From Pseudovirgaria hyperparasitica (Eukaryota): a stretch of DNA of 64,000 bases. Positions 12,926 through 26,276 of this stretch are shown here, one piece after another. Position numbers and translations under genes: made by a program. The stretch lies in NCBI GenBank assembly GCA_010093815.1, contig ML996571.1; one strand, 5' to 3'. The notes beneath the pieces were generated by a model that worked only from the letters and a program-made list of their open reading frames with translations, had not been told where the DNA came from and ran no database searches. Every line of letters begins with the position of its first letter. The stretch's first letter is position 1.

Positions 12926-13410
12926 ATGGTCCTCCGCATTCGTCTCGCACGCTTCGGCAAGCGACACGCCCCCTTCTACAACATCGTCCTTGCACAGGCC
13001 CGGTACCGCTCTCCTCTCACCTCTCACCTCTTCTTCTTCAAACTAACGAAACCAAAAACAGTACCGCCCGCAATTCCCTGCCCATGGAAGTCCTCGGCAC
13101 CTACGACCCAATCCCCAAGCCCCCGGCCCCCGGCTCCCCGCCCACTGCACGTAAGCACAAAGACATCAAACTGGACATCTCGCGCGCGAAATACTGGATC
13201 GGAGTCGGTGCGCAGCCGAGCGACACATGCTGGCGGATACTGGGCATGGCGGGTATCATGCCGCCGAGGCCGAAGGTGCGGCAGCGGGACTCGTTGAGGA
13301 TACAAGAAGAGGAGGCAGCGAGGGCACAGGCGGAGAAATTGGTGCCGCAGGGAGTCGTTGGGGGCAGGATCGTGAAGCCTGCGGGGTTCAAGCAGAGGAA
13401 GGAGGCGTGA
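12926..13410 (+). CDS. MRPS16: Mitochondrial small-subunit ribosomal protein S16; exons 12926-13002, 13062-13410
   Basis: [44 protein letters not shown]...[13 protein letters not shown]; intron GTACCG..CTAAC..CAG. Confidence 0.95.
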
Positions 13411-16400
13411 GAGAGAGGAGGGACTGGGGGCATCATACGGGCGTTTTGTATATTATGCTACTACTAGATGGTCGGTACATCGCGGATCCTTGTACATATA
13501 AGTGTGAATCTTGGTCGAGTGGATAGCGTCTGCTAAAGTGATTCTGCTTATGGACTTTAGGAGGTGATTCACATGCATGCTATATGGCTAAAACTATTAA
13601 TGATGCCTCATTAGCTCCTGAGGACCGGAAACAGTAATCGCAATCCGATTGTCGTCGTTGAGCGTCCCAGGCATCTCTACAGCCCGCTGATCCTACCACA
13701 TGCCATCGGTCATTAAGGAGTAATGCTAAAAGTAATTAGTTATTTCGCGCTGTGTCCCTGGAAGGTCGAGTAGGCATCAGAACAAGACATATCTCGGCAC
13801 AGGCATTAAGTAGCTTTAGGTTGTAGTGCAGGACACGTCATGCATATACGGGAAGGTTTGAGATGAATTCCAATCGATTGACCCCTGATGTTCTGTATCC
13901 GGCAGTATGTTGCTCATCCAATAACTGTGTATCCCTTATCAGTCCTCAAAACACCTCGACAAGATGGAGGATAGATATCGTTAAGGAACTCGTAACTTCA
14001 CGGCAGGGTACCTGGAAAGGCTCACTACCTTGCAAGATTTCGAACTTAAACAGTCCGACACTCGAGCTGGAAAGTCTCATGCCATGCCCTAGCTAAACAA
14101 CAGTCAATGGTGTGTATAACTTATGGCTCTATTCATGTGTCAGGGACCATTGTGTTCAATGTCCTTCCTGGTTAGCCATCACAGGCGGATCTGCAAGTCT
14201 TGGCTTCACTAGAGCGGACCCGGGTATTCTTCATAGGCAGATGTCAAGAGGTCGAGCTGATTAGCCACGGTCACAGATGTTCAAAGTGCGGGAATCCAGG
14301 TATTACGTCTTGCATGTTCTGTCCCATACCGAGGGAGTACGCGGACCATCATCTGAATACGCGTAACGTACAAGATGTCAGCATAGCAAACAAACTTTAG
14401 GCTCACAAACTCCCGCCGAGGATAGACTATAGTATTATGCTCTTGCAAGCCATAAGCAGATCTACAAGTGGAACCAGGTACAGGGTCTAGCTGTAAGATC
14501 CTGACGCGGGGCCACGCCGAAGCTAAAGCATTCGTCGATGTACTCTACACACGCATCGTCCACAAGTGCAGGCGGGCTTATGAGCCAAGAGGCTGGCATG
14601 CAGAAGACCTTGTTTAAGTTATACATGATCGCACTTACTCGAGAGAGTTGAAGCTTGGAGCAAATGAGGAACCCCGGCGATTACGTGTTGTACAGGGTAA
14701 TTGTAACGTGTTTCGCGGGAGAGGTCCGGCGTCTCGATTGACTCTGACGGTGACCGAGAGACATGGCAGCATCTCCTGGTCTGATGGAGGTGGGAAGCTC
14801 GACGCTACCTTATCTCGCTGGTCACTCATGCTGTAGCTGATCCATATACGGGCGGCATGCCACAAGCTATCAAAGAATAACGGTCGCTGGTGCCAAGTAA
14901 GATTGCATATCCAGTTGATGGCCGTCAAAGTCCATAGCATTAGCGAACAATCTCAGCATAGTCGACGTCGATGGCCAATCTATGATGTTCTATAACCGGA
15001 CGCAGGATGTTGTCAAGACTGACTGTCATCGTGACAATGCCACATAAACTCAAAGTCGGTAGGTTATGTCCTTGGTATAGTTTGTGTCTTACCCATCGCC
15101 GTGGCTATGCAGCTTCGCCTCTCTATTGTTACAATCATCTGAGATGTTATCAAAACTCCGTATAAATTCTGAACATCGCGCTTCAGTGGGCCCTTTGATC
15201 ATGCGCATGGAGTGCTTTGTTCTTTGCCCCTTAGAAGTCCGGTTCGCTTCACGTAAAATGCTTGAGACAATCATCGTCACATTGGATGATTCCTGCATCT
15301 TACTTGGCGTACAAAGACCATAGACAAGCCAGACAGTTAGTCGTATAGACATTTTCGTACAGTCCTTGGCTACCAAGAGATCGTGAGACTTCGGAAGCTA
15401 TTGCATGCTTGAAAGAATGGCGTAACGAATGGTGTTAATGGCATCCCGGCTTGGCTCGTAGCGGTGATTAGCGCTCCTGCTTCAAACGTGGCGGTGGTAG
15501 TGAGTTGGTGAAACCGCTCGAGTGGACGGTTTGTCCCATCTCTCCGACCATCTTGCTTGAATGGGAACTTAATGACTCCTCGTGCCAAGATATCCGATGT
15601 CTACATTGTGCTCGAATCAGCGCCTAGTGACAATCTGCAACACATATCAGTTCGAACAAGGAGTATTGGTAGGGTGGTTGGCTGCACAAGCTCGTAAGAC
15701 AAGACAGCAAGCGGAAGCCAAGGTCTTGGAATAATGTAGTCTGCTCAAACAGCGTGTAAGAACGAGCAAATAGTATACTTTTTCCTGCGGCTTGTCGATC
15801 GCAGTGTTTCACGAGGTCGCCTGCTGCTGCTGGCAGGATCTCTCAACAGTGAAGCAGGTCCTTGTGACCACGCTGTTACAAGGCATACCTAGATGGTGGT
15901 AGTACCTTGACCTGGGTGGGTGTCTAACGGACTATATGAATAAACACTTGAAGATGAAGCACAATCAGGCCAAGCCGGGAAGTGGTGGCGCTTGTGCCAA
16001 GTTCTCTGGAGGAAAGCTTGAGCTTGGCCTGCCAAGACCATACATAGGTACATGTCGTATAGTTTATTCATTATGGATCGATCACCTGCATCTTGGAGAG
16101 AATTAAGGGATCAAACAACATCAATCGATCGGGTCCACATCTGCGTACTGTGGTATGCCAGCACAGCTGCCAGCGGAGTAATATAATTGCAAGTACGATT
16201 GAAACGACGAGTACGATCGAGTGCGCTGGCAGTGGGTCGATATTTTTTCACTTTGCACCAGGAATTGCAATATCGTAAAGCTGCAGCAGAAAGCGGTATA
16301 TAATTAATCAGTAGTGTAATTCCGTCCCACACGACATTAGGGCTATAGTCGTTGTCATTTTGCTAAACCAATGAGAAAGCAGCAATCGCATGATTTGGTC

Positions 16401-19284
16401 GCGTGCTCCTCCTGCACAGTACAGAGTGGGAAACGGCCTATGTAATTAGGTATGAGCATACACATACCTATGCATAATGCGTAAGTTCGCTGTCGGTATA
16501 GATCACAAAATATATCAGACGAGCCGCAATCGGAGACTATTCACCTGTATTGTGTGAAGTATGTCGAATTGGAGCTGAACGTTGTTGGTGCCGATCACCC
16601 ATCGGGCCGCGCCACAACAATTCTCAGAGCTTGAATCCTGAACCTAGTTCAATATGAGGGCTAGCAATACGAGGTCCCACGGACCCGTGTATGGACTTAA
16701 ATCCAGCCCCAGGTCGTTAAACTTTCATATAAGTCAAATCAAGCCTGTATTGTTCGTGGTACAATACCACAGACTTGCTGCTGCTATGTTGGGAATTGCA
16801 GTGGAGGTGATTTTTAGGTGGTGAACGAATCCGGGACCGGATACGACCTTCTGCCATGTACTGCTACGACGACATTATGCATAGGTGTGATTAGCGACTT
16901 CGCGCGAGACATTGATGCGGGGCGGACGGGATACATGGATGTGCTGCAGGACAATTAGATTGATGCCGGACGGTTTCGTGGAGAGAGGAAAACCCCACCC
17001 CCACACGCGTTGCTCAACGCATTCCGCATTTCACACAGACTTAGATCATTCCAGCAAGCGAGATCGCACCTTGGTCAACAAAACAGACTTGTGGCTTTAG
17101 TCACAATGCTGTGAGTGAGTTCCTTCGAGACGGAGGGGCTCTGCACGCTGTCACTTCCAGGCTGCCAATCCGAGCCTCCTGGAACTCGAAATGGACATGC
17201 GGTGTGATCTGGAAGGATAGGTCCCTGAAAGAACAAAGAACAAATAACGTCCGATTTAGCGTCGGCCATCAGCCTTTGAGTCCTCCGTTGTATACGAGCT
17301 CGGCTTGAAGATTTCTGAGAGGCCATCGGTGTTTGATGCAGCCCGCTAAAATGCAAGGCTAATGCGAGGTAATGCGAATTGGGGCCATGGCATAACCGGA
17401 GCTGGTTCAATACATGCAAGTCCGCAGATCCAACAGGCAATCGACAACAGTACTCGCTTCGAGAGTGGGAACGATCCTGCAGCAGATCATCACGATGAGA
17501 GAAGCATCAAGGCGAAGGTAAGTCTGGCATACAGTGAGGATTGCGAAAAGTAACAGAACTCCTTCTGAACCGTTTGCGCCAAGAAGTACAAGCAGCGTGG
17601 CCAGAGAAAGGAAGCCCCAACGTCTTTGCATGGGCGACCTAGTAAAAAAGATGCGGCATACTCTCTCTGTTATGGCTCGGATTATGTATGCACACAGCAG
17701 AGTATAATAAAATAGAAGAACAGAGGTACTTCAAGCGGAACTACTGCCTTCTCCGGCGTACATGACCAACAGGCTCGTAGGCTGATGCATTTCATCTATA
17801 TGCAAGCGTTACATACCACACCTCGTTCTTAGTCGAAAAAGCAACCGAGTATCTCATTATTGATGTTAATCGTTCTATTCAGGAATCCTGGGAGATAGGC
17901 GCGGGATACCACTTCAGTATTAGCTCCGAAACAAAGCAGGCTCGAGCACCTGCAGCCGCCAACGTCATGAGAGAGATATCGCCATTGCCGCCCGGGTCGT
18001 TAGCATCAGCGTCCAGAATATGCCCGCAAAGGAAAGCTGCTCGAATTGAGCGCAGCTGTGGCATCATAGTAAAAGACCTGTTCTTCTGTCCTGTGACTTT
18101 TGTTTTTGATATCATTGACCTGATCTGAACGTTGACGGAATGCAATCAGACAAGGATTCTTTGTATGACGTTGTCAAAGGAGCCTTTCTAACACATGCCT
18201 GAATCAGCGTAGATAGTGTCTGATATTTGTACATGTTTGTCCCGTAAACGGTTACCGGTCTGTTCCTTGATTAGACAAGAATGTGACTCGCGATACAATG
18301 TGTCTAAGCGACACGCATCGCGTACACCACATGCCTAACAGGAATCGTGATCCGCATCACTGGTCCGAGAGGAGGGACTATCAGGACTCGATTTGAAATC
18401 TAACATCGTCCTGTCCTTCGAGACACCAGAGTTGGGGACAGTCAGCGTCGCAAGCCATCCTACCATGAAGATGCAGCAACGGGCCACGAGATACTAGTTT
18501 GGTCTTCTAGAAGGCTTCGGACGGTCCGTGGTTGGATTTGGATGGACGACTACGGGTCTATCACGGCCACGGAACATATTTTATAAGCTCCTGAGACAAC
18601 GACAGTGCTGGATGATAAATGTGCCGATCAGTCAGGGCACCGGACATTATTCACAGCTGTCTGCGCTTGTTGGCATGTTTTACATTAGCAATGCAGTAAT
18701 AAACCGTCTAGTGCTGTTCCCGCCTTGCCCTCACTTTTCACTTTACTGCAGAGAGTCCAGACTGGCGACGGGACAAGCCCTATTGATTACTGTAGGTGCC
18801 TCTAACAATTAGCTAGCCCTTAACGTTAGCCCTAATAAGGCCCCCTCATCCTCTCACATTCAATCCCATGGCTCATGCCACTCCAGCTCGCTCTCCCAAC
18901 TGCTGTATCGCCGGCCCAATGCACGCCATCATCGCCCCCTCCCCCCCTCCGCCGGTCGCCGCGGCGCCGCCCATGGATTCTGATGACCCTCTACTCTACT
19001 TAGCGCCGCCCACACACGCCAACCTTCACCTGCTGCACGCCTCCTCCCCCGCCCGCCGCTCGCTGCTCGTGTTCGTTCATTAAGCATTCATTGCTCGCGC
19101 CCACTTGTCCATCGGCCGAGTCTTATCCCACGGTTTGTAACCTAGATAGTGATTAGAGAGCGCTGAATCGAGTGAAGTTCAGTAGTGTTTCAAGGGAGGA
19201 GGCGTCCGCAATCAATCGCAGGTATTAATAACCTTCATCGGCCTGAGCAAAATGGCTGAGATGAGAGAGTGACAGCCGGTCTTA

Positions 19285-19331
19285 TTCCAGTCCCAGTCCC
19301 CAGTCCCCAGTTCCCAGTTCCCAGTTCCCAG
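19285..19331. repeat. Degenerate (TYCCCAG)n heptamer tandem repeat upstream of the HAL kinase
   Basis: ttccagtcccagtccccagtccccagttcccagttcccagttcccagt. Confidence 0.8.
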
Positions 19332-20039
19332 TAATTACCTAGTCTTTTCAGTCTCAGTGCCAGTGCCAGTGCCCCCCAGCAGGAAGCCTTTGCCCACCTA
19401 ATACCGCCGCCCACTCCCAGCTTTGCCTCTCTCTTCAGAAGAGCTTCCATGCTCACCCCTTCACACAAGCCTACCACCACACACAAATACCTCTATCCCG
19501 CCCCATGGTTTGATGGATGAATCCCCACTCGCCTTTTCGCTCTTGCTGTCTTCATCTGCTGCCCACTTCCATCGCTTTCCGACTCTCCACTCTACACAAG
19601 TCTTTTCCTCGACCTTATAACAATAACAACATCCGCAACACCGTCACACCGTCACACATCCTCTTAGCCTTTCACCCTCTACCTCTCCAACCGCCGCCTC
19701 CACAGACGCTCCGTACTTTGGATGGCGGATCTGCTGCGCATCGATCCCAGACCTCCTCCCAGATTTCGTGGTTACACGGGCTCTGATATTCACGTCATCA
19801 GGCATTCTTCCTCGACCGCTCTCGACTCGGAATATCACTCAACCAGCTCACTGCAAAGAGCATAGCACGAGTACTTCCGACTAACAACCCCGTTGACACA
19901 CGCTACACCTGTATTTATCCGTCCGTGTCTGCTCGCCAAGCCTGTGTGGACGTTGTGTCGCCGAGGACCGCTACACCGCTTTCGCTGATCACATTCGCGA
20001 CGCATCCATTCTTACAGGCCAAGACACCAAGACATAGCT

Positions 20040-22154
20040 ATGTCGACTGCACAATTTGAACTGCGCTCCGCCCCTAGCCCGGCACATCTCGCTGATGTGC
20101 CCGGCCTGGCTCATCCCACAAATCATACCTCCTCCGGCCCGCCTGCATACAATCGCAACAAGCCTGTACCTATACCTGAAGAAGAGGAGAACAACGATAC
20201 AAGTAGTGAACCCCTTGAGCCTCTCACTCCTACAGAGTTCCAGTTTGGACATACTTTCAAACCTCAGAGCTCACATCATAACGGTGCAGTACACTCCTCC
20301 GCGAATGCCGTTCCATCACCGAAAGCCTTCTACGACTCAGAGCCTCGTCCACGGCCTACTCCGAGATCAACAAATCTGTCCGAAATGTCGCAGACCTCGG
20401 TCGAATCTGCACCCGTCGCGAAGAATGGCATTGGCAAAGTGTTTGGCTCTGTTCGCAACAAGCTGATCCGCTCGAGATCGAGCAAGGCCGACCTCAGCCA
20501 ACTGCCAACAGTCAATACCAACATACCCCGAACAACGGTTACTCCTGCCAGCGCTGTCATTCCACGTAGACTGGGTGCCTGGCCCGCGAAAGAGTCACCG
20601 CGCACATCAGCCACTAATTCTCCACCTTCTCCTAGCTCACCCGCCAACAATCATGACCATGATCCGATGGGCGATATCCGGAACCAACTAGACTCTCAGA
20701 AGCAAGTCAACAACAAGCCGAGTTCCGATCAGAAATACAAGTCCTCAAACTCTCTTACCCGCCTCCAGTCTGCAACAGACACACGTCCGAATAAGAGTAA
20801 GACTTTCGCGTTTGGGAAGAATAAGAGACCAGAAAGACAACGTTCAGCTAGCACAGAGAGCATTCCAAAGCAGAGCCATGACTCCGATGAGCCTCCCGTT
20901 CCTCTTTTTGGTACTTTTTCGAAACACGCTGCTGAGGGTACTGGAATGAAGGCACGACGCTTGAGTACAAGCTTGCCGGATGAGTTTAACGTGGACTACT
21001 GCGAGCTGGACACTGAGTTCAAGAGAGCGAGCCTACTCCCAGGAAAGCGTGGAAAGCGACTTGGTGTTGGCGCTACTGCAGAAGTCCGGATTATGCAAAA
21101 GAAGGGATACTCGGAGGATCTCGTTGCAGTGAAAGAATACAGACTTCGAGATAGAACCGAGAACGAGGACGAATATTTGAAGAAGATCAAGTCCGAGTTC
21201 AGTATCGCCAAGGCGTTGAATCATCCAAACATCGTCACCACGGTACGCCTTTGTACCCACGGTAAACCAGCTCGTTGGAATCACGTTATGGAATTCTGTA
21301 ACCATGGCGAGTTATATGCCTTGGTTGAGCGTGGCTTGTTCAAGACGCATTATTCGCAAGGAGACCGCCTATGTTTCTTCAAGCAGATTTGCAGAGCTGT
21401 CGACTATCTCCATAGTCATGGCATTGCCCATCGCGATATCAAATTGGAGAACATACTGATGGACAAGAATGGAGGGTTGAAACTCTCCGATTTTGGAGTG
21501 TCGGAAGTTTTCTGCGGTGAGCATCCGGGTCTACGTGCTTCTGGTGGACAGTGTGGAAAGAACATGGGGGAAGTACGGTTGTGTCACCCAGGCCTCTGCG
21601 GTAGCCTCCCCTATGTCTCTCCAGAGGTCTTGAGGAAAGATGTCGAATATGACCCTCGACTCCTGGATGTTTGGTCTACTGCTATTGTCTTTGTCACCAT
21701 GACCTTTGGAGGGTCTCCGTGGCAATCTGCGACAGAAGTAGATCAATATTACGTGCGCTTCGAAGCTGGATGGGAGGCATGGCTCAAAGAACACCCTGAT
21801 GGCATCATCAGAAATGTCTTGGACTCATCTCCTCTGGTTGGTCCGCTTTTCAGGCGAATCGAACCGCCTACTATGCGCAAGACGATCCTCCAGATGCTAC
21901 ATCCAGATCCCTCGAAACGTATCACAATGAAGGAGGTAGTTTCATCGGGCTTTTTCCTGGGACTCGATTGCTGCACACCGGAGAGCTACGAAAATCCCAA
22001 CTGGGGTATGAACGCGGCGGAACGGGGCGCCAGTCGAATGGCACAGCTTGCCACAAGGCAGATTGTAAAGAAGCATCATCACATTCCTCCGAAAGAGGTT
22101 GGTAAATTTTCTAAAGGCATTACACATAGGTTCGACATGGGTGATGGAACTTGA
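20040..22154 (+). CDS. HAL/NPR-family Ser/Thr protein kinase (Ptk2/Hrk1-like), single exon, long low-complexity N-terminus
   Basis: LGVGATAEV, VAVKEY, KKIKSEFSIAKALNHPNIV, HRDIKLEN, DFG, CGSLPYVSPE, YDPRLLDVWS. Confidence 0.9.
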   Translation: MSTAQFELRSAPSPAHLADVPGLAHPTNHTSSGPPAYNRNKPVPIPEEEENNDTSSEPLEPLTPTEFQFGHTFKPQSSHHNGAVHSSANAVPSPKAFYDSEPRPRPTPRSTNLSEMSQTSVESAPVAKNGIGKVFGSVRNKLIRSRSSKADLSQLPTVNTNIPRTTVTPASAVIPRRLGAWPAKESPRTSATNSPPSPSSPANNHDHDPMGDIRNQLDSQKQVNNKPSSDQKYKSSNSLTRLQSATDTRPNKSKTFAFGKNKRPERQRSASTESIPKQSHDSDEPPVPLFGTFSKHAAEGTGMKARRLSTSLPDEFNVDYCELDTEFKRASLLPGKRGKRLGVGATAEVRIMQKKGYSEDLVAVKEYRLRDRTENEDEYLKKIKSEFSIAKALNHPNIVTTVRLCTHGKPARWNHVMEFCNHGELYALVERGLFKTHYSQGDRLCFFKQICRAVDYLHSHGIAHRDIKLENILMDKNGGLKLSDFGVSEVFCGEHPGLRASGGQCGKNMGEVRLCHPGLCGSLPYVSPEVLRKDVEYDPRLLDVWSTAIVFVTMTFGGSPWQSATEVDQYYVRFEAGWEAWLKEHPDGIIRNVLDSSPLVGPLFRRIEPPTMRKTILQMLHPDPSKRITMKEVVSSGFFLGLDCCTPESYENPNWGMNAAERGASRMAQLATRQIVKKHHHIPPKEVGKFSKGITHRFDMGDGT

Positions 22155-25100
22155 TGGGGATTTTGAAGTCTATACCTCGGCGTTTCACGGCTCGGTTGCT
22201 CTACAATACACATTTCCTTCGCACGATCTTACGTTTTCAGCAACATGACCTGTTCGGGTGGAGTTCGAGTACACTAGATTGTATTGGTTTCCCTTTCTTC
22301 CGGGGCGGACTTATTATGTTTGGGGAAAAGGCGCATAAAGGGAAACCTGGGTCGGCGGCTTTTGTGCTACCAAAATTTTGTTCAAACGGGTGATGGTTAG
22401 ATGTCCTCGCAGGAAGATACTCTTGTAACACTGTAACGGTCGATATAATATAATACCCATCACATGTTGCTTCCATATCCACTGGCTCCTGCTTCTGCCC
22501 AGATCCACCCCTTTGATTGGACGTGCCATTATTGATGACTATGACGATCTAGGCTACACGCTTCTTGCCAATCGGGTCCGGCACTTCAGACACATTCACC
22601 TGCATATATACATCACAACTTTAATTACACCAAGGTACATGGTAGCTCAGGCCAGATAAATCAGGCTTTCTTCACGCTTTGGTCATAAATCACGCTACGG
22701 CTTCATTGGGTACGGAGCACCGCGTACAGCGCACACCAGCCCAACAAGGAGAGTCTTGTAGGCGATCCATCCGACGTCCACTGAGTGGGAGACCATGCCG
22801 CCGGCGCGTACCGGTGCTGGGTCAATCGGAGACATCGTAGATGAGATTGGAAGACAATATTATCTTCACAGTCAGAGATTCCAAACATCATAATGTTAGC
22901 TACGTCTTGATGAGACTCGACACGGGCTTTCACCATTCCGCTTATTTAGGCATTATCTGCAGCCAAGCCTTCCGCCAACAGACGCCGAACGTTCTTGGAG
23001 TTCTTGGAACGTCCAGTAATCAATTAGGCTGAGATAATTAGCCTGCGAGTGCTCTTTCAATTCCTTGGAAGGCGTGCACGGCGGGTGATGGTTGGTGGCG
23101 ACACCATCCAGCTTTCCCCTTGTAAAATATCTCTCAAGTCCCTCCATCAACCTCTCAAAACATAGGATGTACGATTCAACGATCTCTGTATCCCGAACCA
23201 CGGCAACTGCAATTCGGCTTGCGCGGATGACGCGGCACTAGATCAGTAGATGACCTAATCTTATCAAGATAAGGATCACGCAGGGCTATTACAGCATCAG
23301 AACGGTCAGCGTGCCGTTCAGCATGCCGAACCCTTTGTACGTTTTGCGATTCACGACGCAGTCACGCAGGGCAGAATCGACATTTCTAAGCCAATCCGTA
23401 GTGCTCTACTAGCTGACAAGCTACAAAGCGGACCTGCCTGATGACACCATAGCTGGACCGCCGTGCAAGCTTGCACGTGCGACGACAAATGTGTGGTCTT
23501 ATGACTCCTGGTCAACATCAAACGTCATTCGTCATTCGTCTCACAGCTCTGATACCTGGAGAGAACTTTGTATTGCATTTGATTTGGCGAGGAGCTTCGA
23601 AAGGATGAATCTGCGGCAGAGTCTTGTTCTTGTCTTACCTGCATTATTGCCGCGCGTCTGGGCATACTTGCATGTAGGCTCTTGTGGGCATCGACTCCCA
23701 ATTAATCACCGCCGTGCATTCGAAGGCATGATGATGCCTCTTGCTGACGTTATTCTTCTCACCAGGCCAGGTAGCAATAGCCGACACCTTCTTTCGAGAA
23801 TGAACGACATGCAGAACACAACTTGACCTACTCGATGGCAATGCTACATGTGCAAAAAATGTCAGATTTTGCGGAAGTTCACACATCCGTCTCATTAGGC
23901 GGAAAAAACAAATGGCTAACAGATGCCCTAATAATATATATCATCTCTGCCAAGACAGCGCCAAGTGACTCTCCGCCTACATACTCGATCGGGCACGTTC
24001 GAAAATTCCCGCTGGACACCGCCGAGGCTCGCAGATTTTCGGTCTTCTTGTCAACTGCAGAAAGTCTCATGAAAAGAGAGTCTAGCAGCCAAGACTTGGG
24101 CTTCTGAGATAGCCAAGAAATAATACATTGTCTTTGCAGGGACAAGCAGGGATGCGGATAAGAAAAAGCGGCCCGAGATCGTGATGATCTTCCCAGTCAG
24201 TCTGTTTCACATGTGGCAATCTGATGCGGATCTGACTTCTTCGTTTTAGCTAGGTCTGGGAAATACCGTATACGCCCGAGGTTTGTGGTAGGGACGACTT
24301 AGCAGCTTCCGGGCCCCTCATATCTTCGTGGAAGCTATTACCGCTTCTAAACGGACAATATCTGCATCGTGAATTGAATGATCAGTGCTTCGTGTGTAGC
24401 ATCTGAAACTGGCTAACTGATATGACGATGATCGAGCCACATAACGGCATCTAGAAGGCCAAGTACGTCCCATTTGGACACGACCGTGTACTCTACCAGA
24501 CTCTGAACCTTCTTCCAGTAAATAACTCACCGTCGTGTGGTGAGGAACAGCATGGCCATTCATAGCCGAAACGAAGCTGGGGGGGGGCACGAACTATACA
24601 ACGATGACAGACCGTAGACTAAGAGAACCTCAACCCTCTATAGGTATATAAGCCGCAATGGTAAGCTCGAAACGTATACTCCGGACCAGTCTATGCACGA
24701 ATCCGGCGTTCCCTCAAATCACACAGAAACTCTTTCGGGCCGCAATTAGAATCCTTCGTCCTAAAACCACCCAAAAATAGTCTACCAGCCTAATCACAAT
24801 CAGAATGATCCATCTACAAGAAGGAAGCAGCTCAACCAAAAAAACGAATAGAGAGCAAGCTAGCTATAAGTAGTACCTCAAATTGCCTCGCGTTGAAACA
24901 ACACCTACATCCATCGCTTTTTCTGCGGTATTTTTTTTTTCTCAAGCGCCCACAACTTGACGCTTTTGCCAAAGACCACAACATTGCTTTAGCTTCCCAA
25001 ACTCCCCGAAAATCCTGAAGGATCAATGTCTGACCTAGGAAAAACCCCTCCCACAGATAGTTCTGGGTATCGTGCACTTCTATGCGGCTTTGAGAAAAAG

Positions 25101-25399
25101 ATCCCAATGTTTTCTTTTTAATTCGCGCAATGAAATCCTACATGTAGAAGAGGTCTTCATCCTTCCTTCCTTCGTTCGTTCAGGAATTTCTGTCACATCA
25201 TTATCATGCTGAACTGCTTTCAGGAGCATAGTCGATGCCAGATCCAGGTTGCTATGATGTGATTGATGTCCAGAACTATTTGAGAGCCTGCGAAATCAAA
25301 CATACTTCTCGTGCGCATGGATCGCAAAAGTTGGCTACTGCCTAACAATGAGTCCTGATTCATTTCATACTGTAAATGCAGCTGAAGCCCGGACATAAG

Positions 25400-25690
25400 A
25401 ATAGGTACTTATTATAGTATATTAAATGTGAAACCCTTAGTAGAAGACTTCTTATAGATAGATGTATGATATATATACTAAGTCGAGTTCTCTAAATAAC
25501 ACTCTAATTGTCTACTATTTAGAGATAGTATAGCTAAGGATAGATTTATATAGAATAAGAGGATCGAAGAATTATTCGTGTATAACAATACTAGTATGAT
25601 CATCTATTAACCACGTTATAGAAATTTCCATAGAGTGTGAAAGAGTAAAGAGAATACCATTAAGAGTGAAACGGAAAAGTAGAGTTGGGA
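25400..25690. repeat. AT/TpA-rich tract, possible RIP-degraded repeat relic
   Basis: Abrupt GC drop with dense TA dinucleotides (tatagtatattaaat, tatagatagatgtatatgatatatatacta). Confidence 0.45.
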
Positions 25691-25718
25691 AGACGCAAGA
25701 ACAAAATGCAAAATGTAA

Positions 25719-25800
25719 TGCATGATCCGGGAGTCGAACCCGAGCCATTTGCTTGCGCCACAAGTGGAAGGCAAATATCCTACCGTTGGACCAATCATGC
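25719..25800 (-). tRNA. tRNA-Gly(TCC) with an 11-nt intron (25754-25764)
   Basis: GCATGATTGGTCCAACGGTAGGATATTTGCCT-TCC-A[CTTGTGGCGCA]AGCAAATGGCTCGGGTTCGACTCCCGGATCATGCA: acceptor stem GCATGAT/ATCATGC, anticodon stem TTTGC/GCAAA, T-loop TTCGACT; short T-tracts downstream. Confidence 0.95.
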
Positions 25801-26234
25801 AATGATTTGATGTAAGCCGAGGACTCATGATCATTATATAATGATTACCATTGATTTAGGAAAAGCGTGTGAGGGTGTAATCAGCATTCCGCCCAGCATT
25901 CTACTAGAAGCTGGTGAAGTCTTATAGATAGTAATTCAAGTACTGCTCCTCTAGGCATGTTTGACTAAGAAACGTAATCCATATCATGGATAACTTGTTC
26001 ATGGCCTTGGAAAAAGCCCAAGCATAGGAAATGTGGATCGAATCATAGGGCCTTAAAGTAAGGTAAGTATCTAGCAAGATCTTCTCTTCGAAGTATCTGA
26101 AACAATCAGCACAAGATTGACATGCTCTCTAGCTGTCTTCCTCTAGTGACACGGACCTCTATAGATGATGTATAGAGAAGAGAAATGGGTTACAGATAGG
26201 AAGTCCATCAATCAATGCGACGTAAAGTATATTG

Positions 26235-26276
26235 ACGTCCATCCCTAGGTTATGGGACGCACCCCGTTATGGGACA
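26235..26276 (+). repeat. Left terminal inverted repeat
   Basis: ACGTCCATCCCTAGGTTATGGGACGCACCCCGTTATGGGACA. Confidence 0.9.

Noticed and set aside
14600..17650. Several 60-120 aa ORFs, one with a hydrophobic N-terminus (17407-17631)
   Set aside because: No consistent splice model or recognisable family; compatible with random ORFs.
18800..18840. CCCTAA-like telomeric motifs
   Set aside because: Only scattered degenerate units, no tandem array.
22700..23201. Protein-like short minus-strand ORFs between the HAL kinase and the tRNA
   Set aside because: No coherent exon chain or known motif could be built; at most a decayed gene.
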